From: a virus
Virus record (IMG/VR): IMGVR_UViG_3300027881_000007
Span: 49,345 to 113,344 of that record
Length of the DNA: 64,000 nt
Reading direction: 5' to 3' (one strand)
In this document: positions 29,578 to 38,509 of the stretch, piece after piece
How positions within the stretch are numbered: position 1 is the first letter of the stretch
Layout: each line of letters opens with the position of its first letter
Program-made: the position numbers and the translations under genes
The notes under the pieces: generated by a model
The model's database searches: none
Told to the model about the DNA's origin: nothing
What the model saw: only the letters and a program-made list of their open reading frames with translations

Positions 29578-30120
29578 ATGTGGCGTATGATGTATATATT
29601 AATCATTTTTGTTGCTGTCTCCTGTGCACCTAAGATGACCGTTTTGGTCGATGGGTACCCTATGAGTCAAGAGCAGGAATACTTATGGGTCCCAGATCCA
29701 GAGGTTGGTATAAGGATTCAGTACTATGTTGCTGGGTGGATAAAGAAAGATCTTGGAGGGGAAGAATTGGAACCGTATCCAATCTACTTCAAGATCAACG
29801 AGAAGGAATATCTTCCTGATAACGTTGAAGCTGTGACACTCAACGCTTGGATTAAGAATCCAAAGAACATTGAATATAAGGTTAACTCTTGGGTTGATGT
29901 GTCAAAACCCCATACTCGGCGTGTCAGTAAGATCGAACCTGTTTGCGGACTTACTAGCAAACTTAACAACTTCATTACCATTCATGGTCCTGTTGATTCT
30001 GGTTCAACTGTAAGATTAAGAGCAGTTCTCTATGATAACCAAGGGCTTCCTTTAGTTGCTATTGGTGATGCATATTACAAAGTAAAAAAACCAAAGAACG
30101 AAGAGCTCTATTCTCAATAA
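29578..30120 (+). CDS. lipoprotein
   Basis: lipobox VAVSC; AGGAGG RBS. Confidence 0.7.
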   Translation: MWRMMYILIIFVAVSCAPKMTVLVDGYPMSQEQEYLWVPDPEVGIRIQYYVAGWIKKDLGGEELEPYPIYFKINEKEYLPDNVEAVTLNAWIKNPKNIEYKVNSWVDVSKPHTRRVSKIEPVCGLTSKLNNFITIHGPVDSGSTVRLRAVLYDNQGLPLVAIGDAYYKVKKPKNEELYSQ

Positions 30121-30230
30121 TCGACAGTGATCAAATCTAAATTTGAAAGGGGGTGGTCAACAGTAGTGCGTAGGTAGAGGTAGTTACATTTTCAACTAAT
30201 TATATTCCCCTTGAAAGGAGGAATAAAGAA

Positions 30231-31265
30231 ATGAAGAAGACTATGGTATTATTGTCAATTCTTGCACTTCTATGCTGGGTCCCGAGTGCCTTCGCCATTG
30301 AGGGTGTAGGTGACTGGGATGGCGCAGCAGCGCAAGGCCAACTGATGGACCAGACCCAAGGTGGCCAGGCTGTCTTTGATGCTGATGGAAATACCATTGG
30401 CGGTCTCATGGGTCAAGAGTCTGAAATGATCCAAGAGATGAAGGCCGGTGGAATCGCCACCGCCAGTGTTGACCCCTGTGTTGACTGTCCAGATGACAAG
30501 ATAGCCATTGGCGGCGCCTACGCTCATTCCGAGATGGGTGTCTTCATGGAAGAAGGTCAACGTCAGGGTCAGGCTCAGATTGGTGTCTTCGGCCATATTT
30601 CCATCGACAAGCAAGAATGGTGGGAATTGAAGACCACCAAGAAGGGCGAGTTCAACTCAGATGGAACCAAAACTTTCAGTCTGAACAAGACAGAGACTAG
30701 TGATTATGACAAGACTTTTGACTTGACGAAGACTGAGAGTCATGACTCCGACTGGGACTTCCATGCTGACGTCGACGCAAACAAAACCTTCGACGTTGAA
30801 GCGGACGCCACTTTTGTCAATGAGAATGTAAACAAGACAGAAAATGAGTCCGAATCAGATGAAGGTCCTCCGGCAACAGAGTCATCCTCTGAAACCAACA
30901 CCAACACCAACACTCATTCCTTCGACGGTGCCTTGGGCGTTGATAAGCATTTTGATGCAGAAATCAATGCTGACGGTTCCCGTTCAGATGACTGGAGCAA
31001 GACTGTTGATGTTGACAAGACTGAGGACTTGACCGAGACAAAGACTGTAGAAGTCGTCAAAACTTGGGACAAGCACAATGACTTCGAGCTTGAGTGTACA
31101 GTCGTCGAGCACCACCAGAAAACTCTGACCTTTGATGGCAACGGTGTTGCTGGGGTCCAGTATGGTGGAGGCTATCAGTATGGAACGATCCAAGGGTATG
31201 CTAATGCAGGTGCCATGGGTGGAAGCCTTGACTACAACCCCATCGTCAGGCCTACTCTAGAATAA
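30231..31265 (+). CDS. secreted acidic beta-strand-rich protein
   Basis: signal peptide ending AFA; KT(F/V)D(V/L)xKTE repeats. Confidence 0.75.
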   Translation: MKKTMVLLSILALLCWVPSAFAIEGVGDWDGAAAQGQLMDQTQGGQAVFDADGNTIGGLMGQESEMIQEMKAGGIATASVDPCVDCPDDKIAIGGAYAHSEMGVFMEEGQRQGQAQIGVFGHISIDKQEWWELKTTKKGEFNSDGTKTFSLNKTETSDYDKTFDLTKTESHDSDWDFHADVDANKTFDVEADATFVNENVNKTENESESDEGPPATESSSETNTNTNTHSFDGALGVDKHFDAEINADGSRSDDWSKTVDVDKTEDLTETKTVEVVKTWDKHNDFELECTVVEHHQKTLTFDGNGVAGVQYGGGYQYGTIQGYANAGAMGGSLDYNPIVRPTLE

Positions 31266-31307
31266 TCTCCAGACCTGAGAGAAACTAGTTTTTCTCTTAG
31301 AAGGAGG

Positions 31308-31865
31308 ATGGCAATGAAGAAGCTAGCAATCTTGCTTGGATTCATTGCCTTCGCTCTCTTTGTATCACCAGTCTACGCTGATACAAGCGTAGTTGCAGAC
31401 TGGGACGCAGAGTCCTCTCAAATAATGGTGTTTGATCAGACCATTGATCTGATCAACCGCTCAGAAGTTGATGGACTCGTAATTAATAAGGATGTGGATG
31501 ATCTGTTTAATAAGGAAACGCAAACTATTGCTGCTCCTGTTCAGGCTGGTTTTTTCGACCACAAAGAATTCCAAAGACTCTGGAAGGAGGGGGAGGTTGT
31601 AGACCTTTCTGAACTTATAGAGTCGAAAGGAATGGAGCAGGATACAGAATCGTTAGCTGTTCAGCAGATTAATACGAAAACTGAAGTTAGCGGAGCAGAC
31701 TGCAACAATGACAAATCTAGTGCTAGTACAGGAGCATCTGCTGCTCTTGTTCAAGGATATGACGCGTCACAGGCTGGATATGGGAGCGGATTTATTGGAT
31801 ACCAAGCAGGAACTAGTCAATCAGCAACTGCCAGTAGTGTCAACTCGACTACTACTAGTCAGTAA
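31308..31865 (+). CDS. secreted protein, partial paralog of 30231..31265
   Basis: signal peptide ending VYA; DWD....Q....DQT motif. Confidence 0.7.
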   Translation: MAMKKLAILLGFIAFALFVSPVYADTSVVADWDAESSQIMVFDQTIDLINRSEVDGLVINKDVDDLFNKETQTIAAPVQAGFFDHKEFQRLWKEGEVVDLSELIESKGMEQDTESLAVQQINTKTEVSGADCNNDKSSASTGASAALVQGYDASQAGYGSGFIGYQAGTSQSATASSVNSTTTSQ

Positions 31866-31877
31866 GGAGGAACACGC

Positions 31878-32654
31878 ATGAAGAGAACGTTATTTGCGTT
31901 ACTCTTGGTTGTTGTTTTGATTTTTGCCTATACCCCTGTATGGTCTGGGGAGGCCAGCGAGAACTCCAATGAAGAGCAAGTGGAGGCTCTCGGTGAGGCC
32001 GGAGGCAGTGTGTTCAACGAGCAGGATACCTATGGAAGTAACTTCCAGATGGATCTATACATCGAAAAGTTCGAGATGGACCAGACGACAAACTGGAATC
32101 CTCAGTTGGATGCAAAAGTCGAAATAATCAAAACCATTAACATTAACAAAACCAAGACTGTCGATGTTGATATAGATGTCAATAAGACTGAAACGACCAA
32201 CGAAAACAAAACTGTGGACGTGGACGTGGACGTCAATAAAACCGAGACCCAAGGTGAAGGTGGAGAGGTTCTTCAGGCAACTAATGAAGTTCTGAACTCC
32301 TCCAACGGTAACGGTCATGGTAATGACATTGAGGTTGACATTGACTGGTACCCAATGTGTTGCACAGAAGTCGACATTATAATGGAGAATGTCCAGATTT
32401 CCATGATGTCCCAAACGGGTGGACAGTACTCTGATATGGGTGTCGATAATGCCTACGCAGTCGGAGAAGGTTCCTTCGAGATGCGTGGTCTGAATCAGAA
32501 CTTAGTGCAGCAGCAACTCAATGCTTCCAACGGAGCAGTTGGTGTACAGCAAATTGCGACCAGTTCCGCTACCGAGGTTCTTATCAATGGTGGTGGTGCT
32601 GTTGTAACTACTGATACCTACGAATCCTCAGGAGGCCTTGGCATCGTCGACTAA
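31878..32654 (+). CDS. secreted beta-strand-rich repeat protein
   Basis: signal peptide; KTVDVD(I/V)DVNKTET twice. Confidence 0.75.
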   Translation: MKRTLFALLLVVVLIFAYTPVWSGEASENSNEEQVEALGEAGGSVFNEQDTYGSNFQMDLYIEKFEMDQTTNWNPQLDAKVEIIKTININKTKTVDVDIDVNKTETTNENKTVDVDVDVNKTETQGEGGEVLQATNEVLNSSNGNGHGNDIEVDIDWYPMCCTEVDIIMENVQISMMSQTGGQYSDMGVDNAYAVGEGSFEMRGLNQNLVQQQLNASNGAVGVQQIATSSATEVLINGGGAVVTTDTYESSGGLGIVD

Positions 32655-32678
32655 TAGCAGGCAAAAAAGGAGCATAGG

Positions 32679-33479
32679 ATGAAACGTTTCCTATATATTC
32701 TAGTTGTCCTGTTCGCCTGCTTAACCATGGCGATCCCAGCTTATGCTGGAGATCTGGACGCTAGCGGGCAAGTCGGCGATCAGAACAATAACAACACGGA
32801 AAACAATGTTGCAAACGCCAATCAGAATGCGAATGCTCAGAACCAGTTCATGATTGGAGGTTCTCCGCAGTCAACCATCACAACGCATGGTTCGGAGATT
32901 CCCAGAAGCTTCCCAGTACCGGGTTCCGTTAACTATCCCGGTTATCCACAGTACTTCGGCCAGCCCACAGAGGACTACAACTTTCAGAAAGCAGGCGTTA
33001 TGCTGCTTTTCAAGAAGGTGTGGACTCGGGCTGAACTGGAGGCCATGGTAGGTGGCAGGGTTAGGCTCAACTCGAAATCTTTGGTTCCCCTGAAGAAGAA
33101 AGATGAAAGACTTCCTGAGGATACCATTGAGATCATAATCAAGCGGCCGCAGTACCCTGTACAGCAAGTAGGTCTCATTTATGTGTCAAGCAAAAATGTA
33201 GACTCCACTTCAATGGAAGTTTTATCCAAAGCTGCTCTATCTGCTCTGGACATGGGAGCCAAAACACTATTTCTGACCGCCGAAGGTTACTCACGAGTAA
33301 TCAAGGCATTTGGGTGGGGTATCGGTTTGAACTACACTCAGGCCTGGATTCAGAATTCCGGCAAAGGACAGAATAATGGTGGTGTTGGTTCCGGTGGTAC
33401 TGGAATCTCTGGTGGTGAAGCTGGATATAAGAGCAAACCCTGGATTCAAATGTTTGCTCTGAAACCCCTAGCGGAATAA
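32679..33479 (+). CDS. secreted protein with Asn/Gln-rich N-terminus
   Basis: signal peptide ending AYA; QNNNNTENNVANANQNANAQNQ. Confidence 0.75.
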   Translation: MKRFLYILVVLFACLTMAIPAYAGDLDASGQVGDQNNNNTENNVANANQNANAQNQFMIGGSPQSTITTHGSEIPRSFPVPGSVNYPGYPQYFGQPTEDYNFQKAGVMLLFKKVWTRAELEAMVGGRVRLNSKSLVPLKKKDERLPEDTIEIIIKRPQYPVQQVGLIYVSSKNVDSTSMEVLSKAALSALDMGAKTLFLTAEGYSRVIKAFGWGIGLNYTQAWIQNSGKGQNNGGVGSGGTGISGGEAGYKSKPWIQMFALKPLAE

Positions 33480-33503
33480 CCAGCCTATACTAAACCATTA
33501 ACC

Positions 33504-33546
33504 CCCTACTGACGAGTCAATCTCGACTTGTCAGTAGGGCTTTTCT
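33504..33546 (+). terminator. intrinsic terminator
   Basis: CCCTACTGACGAGTC/GACTTGTCAGTAGGG stem followed by T run. Confidence 0.75.
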
Positions 33547-33570
33547 TAATTTTTTTTATGGATAATAATC

Positions 33571-34128
33571 ATGGACCTTTGGTTAGAAGAATACGAAATT
33601 TCCAGATGGGCGTTTGAGTATTGTCGAGATACCTCAAACTCATTTGAAATCGCTGATCTAATTACAGTTTCCAAATGGGCATATGAATACTGTAGGTGGG
33701 TTAAAGATGATATTAGGATCAGACGCAGAATAACTAAGTCAGAACATGCCTACTTCTACTGTAGATTCGTTATGGACTTTCCAAGTATACGAAAATACAT
33801 AACGGAACCAGAGGATGCATATTATTATTGTAAAGAGCGTGAGAATCGTCCAGAGGTGAGGAAGTACATAACAGACTCATACTGGGCATACATTTATTGT
33901 AGGGAAATTGAGAATGATCCCGAGGTAGCAAAGTACATAACAATTCAGAACCTCTCAATGGTCTACTCAGTCAACATGGCCACAAACGCTAACGAGTTGA
34001 TATTAAAGGAGACCGAAGTTCTTGAACTGTTAGACAAAGAAACAAAAGAGGCGTGTATAGACTCTGCAATTGAGAACCACAAAAAACTGAAGCACAATAA
34101 GGCGGGACAACGAAAAAAAGTGGGGTGA
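33571..34128 (+). CDS. 23-aa tandem repeat protein
   Basis: five ITxxxxAYxYCRxxxxxPxxRKY-like repeats. Confidence 0.7.
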   Translation: MDLWLEEYEISRWAFEYCRDTSNSFEIADLITVSKWAYEYCRWVKDDIRIRRRITKSEHAYFYCRFVMDFPSIRKYITEPEDAYYYCKERENRPEVRKYITDSYWAYIYCREIENDPEVAKYITIQNLSMVYSVNMATNANELILKETEVLELLDKETKEACIDSAIENHKKLKHNKAGQRKKVG

Positions 34129-34210
34129 TACCATTTTAGCATCACCCCGTAACTGAATAGTAACTCTCTCGTTATGTGAGATAGTAAGTTTATTATTTGT
34201 TCTGCATTTC

Positions 34211-34942
34211 TTAGGAAATCAGTTTTTTCACGTCGGCTACTTTGGGTGCTCTTGCTCTCACTGTAATAACTCTCCATCCATCTTGACGTAGCTTTGCATC
34301 TCGACGTGGATCCTCATATGCCATTCTGTTATGCCAAAAGGCATTTGGGAATTCAAAGTCAACTTTATTTATTGGATCGGCCATATCTGTGATAAACTCA
34401 TATTCAAGATGACCCGTTATGATGAACTTCTTTATCGAATAGTTGTTCTGAATGAAGGGATATTTCTTTCTCAAAAACTTGATAAGTTGGAGTTTGTCTT
34501 TTGGACTCTTATCATCTTCGTCTACAGCATCATATGGTTCAGGGTCCTGAGCTCCCTCAAATTGAAAGAGATCGCTCATATCTTCATCTTGAATTTTCTC
34601 TTGAATTTCTTCAATTGTTGGGGCATCTTCATCGTCAGTTATTTCGTCAATGATTACTTCATCGACGGCCCCCTCATCTGTTATCACATCATCTTCACCA
34701 GTATCATTTAAGTCAACTTCGACTTTAGTTGGTTTCTCTTCAAATATCTCAGTCTTAGATTGTACTTGAGACATTGTTAGAGAAAACATTTTTCCAGAGG
34801 TGGGGGCACCAGAATATTTTGCTTTATACTCTTCAATAGACATACCATGTTTTCGAGTATGAGTTCCGGTTATAACTTTATAACCTACACCACACTCTTG
34901 ACAGATTACTTCGCCCTTATCGCTAAATTCGGGATAGTTCAT
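34211..34942 (-). CDS. Zn-finger plus acidic linker plus Vsr/DUF559-like nuclease domain
   Basis: CQEC...HTRKHGMSIEEYK; D...EF...FWH...RDAKLRQDGWRVI. Confidence 0.6.
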   Translation of the reverse strand: MNYPEFSDKGEVICQECGVGYKVITGTHTRKHGMSIEEYKAKYSGAPTSGKMFSLTMSQVQSKTEIFEEKPTKVEVDLNDTGEDDVITDEGAVDEVIIDEITDDEDAPTIEEIQEKIQDEDMSDLFQFEGAQDPEPYDAVDEDDKSPKDKLQLIKFLRKKYPFIQNNYSIKKFIITGHLEYEFITDMADPINKVDFEFPNAFWHNRMAYEDPRRDAKLRQDGWRVITVRARAPKVADVKKLIS

Positions 34943-34993
34943 TGAGTTCTCCTTTCTCGATTTAAGCATTTATATTTTGTTCTGAGGTTAACC

Positions 34994-35362
34994 ATGTATC
35001 ATTATCTGGTTGGATTAAGGATCAACGACCGTAAAAGTTTTGAAGAGGGAGAATTAATTTATCATGTTGATTTTGTATTTGACTACACAGAAGAGGATGT
35101 TGAGAACGTTAAACTTACAGCATCAGCAATGCAGAATGAAATGTGGCCAACCACAGGAGAAGAGGCGGCCCGAATATTTGGTTCTGCAAGAATGCTTAGT
35201 CAATTTCATTTCATGAGCTATAGAGCAAGGTTAAATGAGATTACTGTTTGTCACTTTCACACCGACTTTGAATTAGACCACGAATGGTTCACAATCTTCT
35301 TTAGAACAAATGATAAGGAATATTTGAAAAAGAAGATCAATGAAGCAAGGATAAAATTCTAG
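34994..35362 (+). CDS. hypothetical protein
   Basis: GAGG RBS; 122 aa. Confidence 0.6.
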   Translation: MYHYLVGLRINDRKSFEEGELIYHVDFVFDYTEEDVENVKLTASAMQNEMWPTTGEEAARIFGSARMLSQFHFMSYRARLNEITVCHFHTDFELDHEWFTIFFRTNDKEYLKKKINEARIKF

Positions 35363-35595
35363 TCGGAAGAGAGATTTCATCCTCTCTGAAAAAAGGGATA
35401 AATATGTTAATCAATATGAAAAAAGTTTTTGAAGATGTAATAGGTAAGCATGTAGGCACAAAAGTTGAAGTGACTACTATTGACATTCAAACCTCAAATA
35501 CTTGGAAGGTCGGCACTACGGACCATGGTGCTTTCACAATAGTTAAAGAAACACACGGGGGTTTCTCCATTTTTTAAGGAAGGGGAGAGGATGTT

Positions 35596-35898
35596 ATGTT
35601 TGAGAACATACTATATTCGGCAATGACTTTTGCCGCATGGATAACTGGACTGCTTATAGTGGCGGTAGGAGCAGTCATTGGTCTCCTTATTCATGTAAGT
35701 AGGATGGGTTATCAATGGTATATTATTCCATCCTTTGCGTTAATATGTGGAGTATTATTAATAATTGCCTCCACAAGAGTGTACTTAAAGTACCAGGACA
35801 AACTGGAGTTACTTACAATTGAGGCGGAGATTAATTTAGAACTTTCAGATTTTTACATCGAATCAGACGGAACATCCAAACCATCCCCCTATAATTAG
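35596..35898 (+). CDS. membrane protein
   Basis: two TM segments. Confidence 0.6.
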   Translation: MFENILYSAMTFAAWITGLLIVAVGAVIGLLIHVSRMGYQWYIIPSFALICGVLLIIASTRVYLKYQDKLELLTIEAEINLELSDFYIESDGTSKPSPYN

Positions 35899-35933
35899 AG
35901 AGGAGCAAATGCAAAAAGTCCTAATAACTCTAA

Positions 35934-36078
35934 TGGTAGGGGGTACGGCATATGGATGCTGAATGGCTTGCTACAAGTCATTCAAGATGGTTGGGAGGAC
36001 GCTTTTCAAATCGGCGGGTCTTTCCTTCTTTCAACCGCTGATACCGTCTTGGGTTCGATTCCCGCCCCCTATCACCCA
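35934..36078 (+). ncRNA. tRNA-like RNA with long acceptor stem and giant branched extra arm
   Basis: TGGTAGGGGG/CCCCCTATCA followed by C-CCA; 6-bp D stem; GGG-TTCGATT-CCC T arm. Confidence 0.6.
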
Positions 36079-36086
36079 GAGAAAAA

Positions 36087-36118
36087 GGTGCTCAGATTTG
36101 TCTGAGTACTTTTTTTTG
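36087..36118 (+). terminator. intrinsic terminator after the tRNA-like RNA
   Basis: GTGCTCAGA/TCTGAGTAC stem followed by a T run. Confidence 0.75.
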
Positions 36119-36131
36119 GTTCTCTAAACTA

Positions 36132-36144
36132 CCATATATATTAA
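36132..36144 (+). promoter_or_regulatory. putative promoter of the guide array
   Basis: CCATATATATTAA about 40 nt before the first edge repeat. Confidence 0.55.
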
Positions 36145-36182
36145 TTTATGGAGGTGGTTGTTGTATTTGTTTTTTTGTTCTA

Positions 36183-37883
36183 AGTGAACCAATGTTTAGT
36201 AAAAACCCAAATGAAACAAGTGAACCAAAGGAGAGGAGGCACAAACCCGATTAACCTCAGTGAACCAATTAGTTGGAGAAACCCAGTTTCAAAAAGTGAA
36301 CCAATGCGGATAACAAAACCTAAAGGTGAGAAGTGAACCAATGTGATTAATAAACCCAATAGGAGGGTAGTGAACCAGATGCTTCAAGAATCTAATGGAA
36401 CCTAGTGAACCAATATCTAGAAGTCCACCAATCGTTGTAAAGTGAACCATTTGGAAAGAGTATCCCATCTCACCCCAGTGTACCACGTGGTATAAGCACA
36501 ACCAATCAGTCTAGTGAACCACAATGGTGGAGAAAACCACAACATAGTTAGTGAACCAAACCTATGATAAAAACCCGCCGGATCAAAGTGAACCACAAGC
36601 CTGCAGTAAACCTCCGGAATGGAGTGAACCAGCGAAGCTCAGCAATCCTATATTTCTGAGTGGACCACAATGGTACAGAAACCCAAGATGTAACAAGTGT
36701 AAAAAACCAATCGGTGCAGGGCACCTCAGAGTGTACCAATCCGAAAAATTATGTGAACCAATAGTCTAGAGAAGAACCAGTCTTATAGAGTGAACCAGAC
36801 AACGACACTAATTCATTGTTGAGGAGTGAACCAATAGGAAATAGATAACCTGTTGTTGAAAGTGAACCAAACGTGTCCAAGAAAACCTTCCTTTCTTAGT
36901 GAACCACCGTGATTTAGGACACCTTAGGATCCAAAGTGAACCAGTAAAAAGCTAGTCACCCAGAGGGGTGGAGTGAACCTACGTTGGTTAGAAATCCAGT
37001 ACATGACAGTGAACCAATTAGTGTAAGAACAACCAAGAACAAACAGTGAACCATCTCGCCAGAGTAATCCAATTGCGCGGAGTGAACCAATCTAAGGAAG
37101 AAACCCAGTTTTGAACAGTGAACCAATGCTATCCAGTAAACCTGTGCGGAGGAAGTGAACCTGTTGAAGGAAGCGACCCTTGATGACCAAGTGAACCGAG
37201 ACGAGATAGATAACCTACGATATTGAGTGAACCCACCAGGGCTAGAAACCCTAGAAAGCATAAGTGAACCATTCCCCTGCAGTACTCCATCCTTGCCGAG
37301 TGAACCGAACCGAAGTAGAACTCCCACAAAATGAAGTGAACCCGTTAGCCTCAGTAGACCAGAATCAATGAGTGAACCTAAGGAGAGTAGAAACCTTCAT
37401 GTCTAAGTGAACCAATTTGCGAGAGTAACCCATTCCCCTTCAGTGAACCAACCCGGGGTAGAAACCCGACAAAGTCAAAGTGAACCGTGAGGCTTGAGAT
37501 AACCACCTCCTGTAAGTGAACTATTAATGAAACAGAAAACCAATCAAGGTCAGTGAACCAATAGAAGAAATGAAAATCAGATAGCACAAGTGAACCGTAA
37601 AATGTCATAAACCCGAAATATTTGAGTGAACCAGTCCTATGAAGCAACCGAGCATCGCTAGTGAACCAAGTTACGTAGTTAACCAAATTGCCGAGTGTAC
37701 CATATTGGTCAACCAACCCAGACAGAATAAGTGAACCTGGTATGGATAAATAATCTAAGACGATAAGTGAACCAGGACATCGAAGAAAAACCACGAAAAC
37801 TCAGTGGACCAAGATCGGATAGAAATCCAATCGTGAGTAGTGAACCATTTTGTGCTAGAAAAACCCGGAAGTCAAAGTGAACC
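36183..37883 (+). repeat. TIGR-type dual-repeat guide array, block 1 (about 48 edge repeats)
   Basis: AGTGAACC mostly every 35-37 nt; internal AGnnnnCC loop repeat; two variable ~10-nt spacers per unit. Confidence 0.92.
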
Positions 37884-37898
37884 ATCAAGGAGGTCTAA

Positions 37899-38174
37899 AT
37901 GAGCGAGATTGAATTAGGGCGAAAGGTAAGGGATACGGTTTCTGGATTTGAAGGAATTGCTGTTTGTCGTCACATTTATCTAAATGGTTGTGCAAGACTT
38001 AGCATTCAAGCACCCATTGATAAAGAGGGAAAATTGCCAGAGGTTGTCACCTTCGACGAACCGCAACTTGAAGTCATTGAAGAAGAGACAGGAATCGAAA
38101 AGTCAAAAGATGAAGGACCTGGCGGACCAATGCCCTATACGCCAACATCGCGTCATGAACCTAAAAGTAAATAA
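37899..38174 (+). CDS. small hypothetical protein embedded in the array
   Basis: AAGGAGG RBS right after an edge repeat; stop codon overlaps the next edge repeat; SH3/KOW-like G.KVRD.VSGFEG. Confidence 0.8.
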   Translation: MSEIELGRKVRDTVSGFEGIAVCRHIYLNGCARLSIQAPIDKEGKLPEVVTFDEPQLEVIEEETGIEKSKDEGPGGPMPYTPTSRHEPKSK

Positions 38175-38496
38175 GTGAACCCCAGTATATCAGAAAACCA
38201 ATACAAGCGAGTGAACCAGGGGGTTTAGAAAACCGGCAAGAAAAAGTGAACCGTTATCTAATAGACACCCAAGTGTCGAAAGTGAACCATTAAAGAAACG
38301 CGTGTAACCAATTCTTCGGAGTTGAGTCCTTACCGGCACGCAGAGTGAACCAGGGTTTTTTAGTAATCCGTTAGAAATAAGTGAACCAGGGTTCTACAGT
38401 AATCCACCAGTAACGAGTGAACCATTAACCAGAAGAAATCAAAAATAAAAAGTGAACCAGAAAGAAGCTAAAAACCCCAAAATCGGAAAGTGAACC
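38174..38496 (+). repeat. TIGR-type dual-repeat guide array, block 2 (9 edge repeats)
   Basis: AGTGAACC at 38174, 38210, 38245, 38281, 38344, 38380, 38416, 38451 and 38489. Confidence 0.9.
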
Positions 38497-38509
38497 GAGG
38501 AGAAGTGTA

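Noticed and set aside
35909-35962. 17-codon ORF MQKVLITLMVGGTAYGC-TGA with AGGAG RBS, and possible selenocysteine readthrough (UxxC)
   Set aside because: The readthrough frame runs through the tRNA-like fold and the terminator and gives no recognisable protein. A short leader peptide cannot be excluded
35960-35985. Genome-wide amber recoding suggested by the CTA-centred loop
   Set aside because: Core genes are intact in code 11 and several (polymerase, protease) end at TAG
36289-37794. ORFs across the array on both strands (GSL/VH/WFT or SEP repeats, including the CNKCKK-containing 36551..36769)
   Set aside because: They result from the 36-nt period. The frame shifts at 35- and 37-nt units, there are no convincing RBSs, and conservation is at nucleotide rather than codon level
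36183-38496. CRISPR array
   Set aside because: The conserved repeat is only 8 nt with a second internal repeat and ~10-nt variable parts, and there are no cas genes in the window
36183-38496. Self-targeting of guides within this window
   Set aside because: This could not be tested reliably by eye; paired 9-10-mer matches need a computed search, so no claim is made
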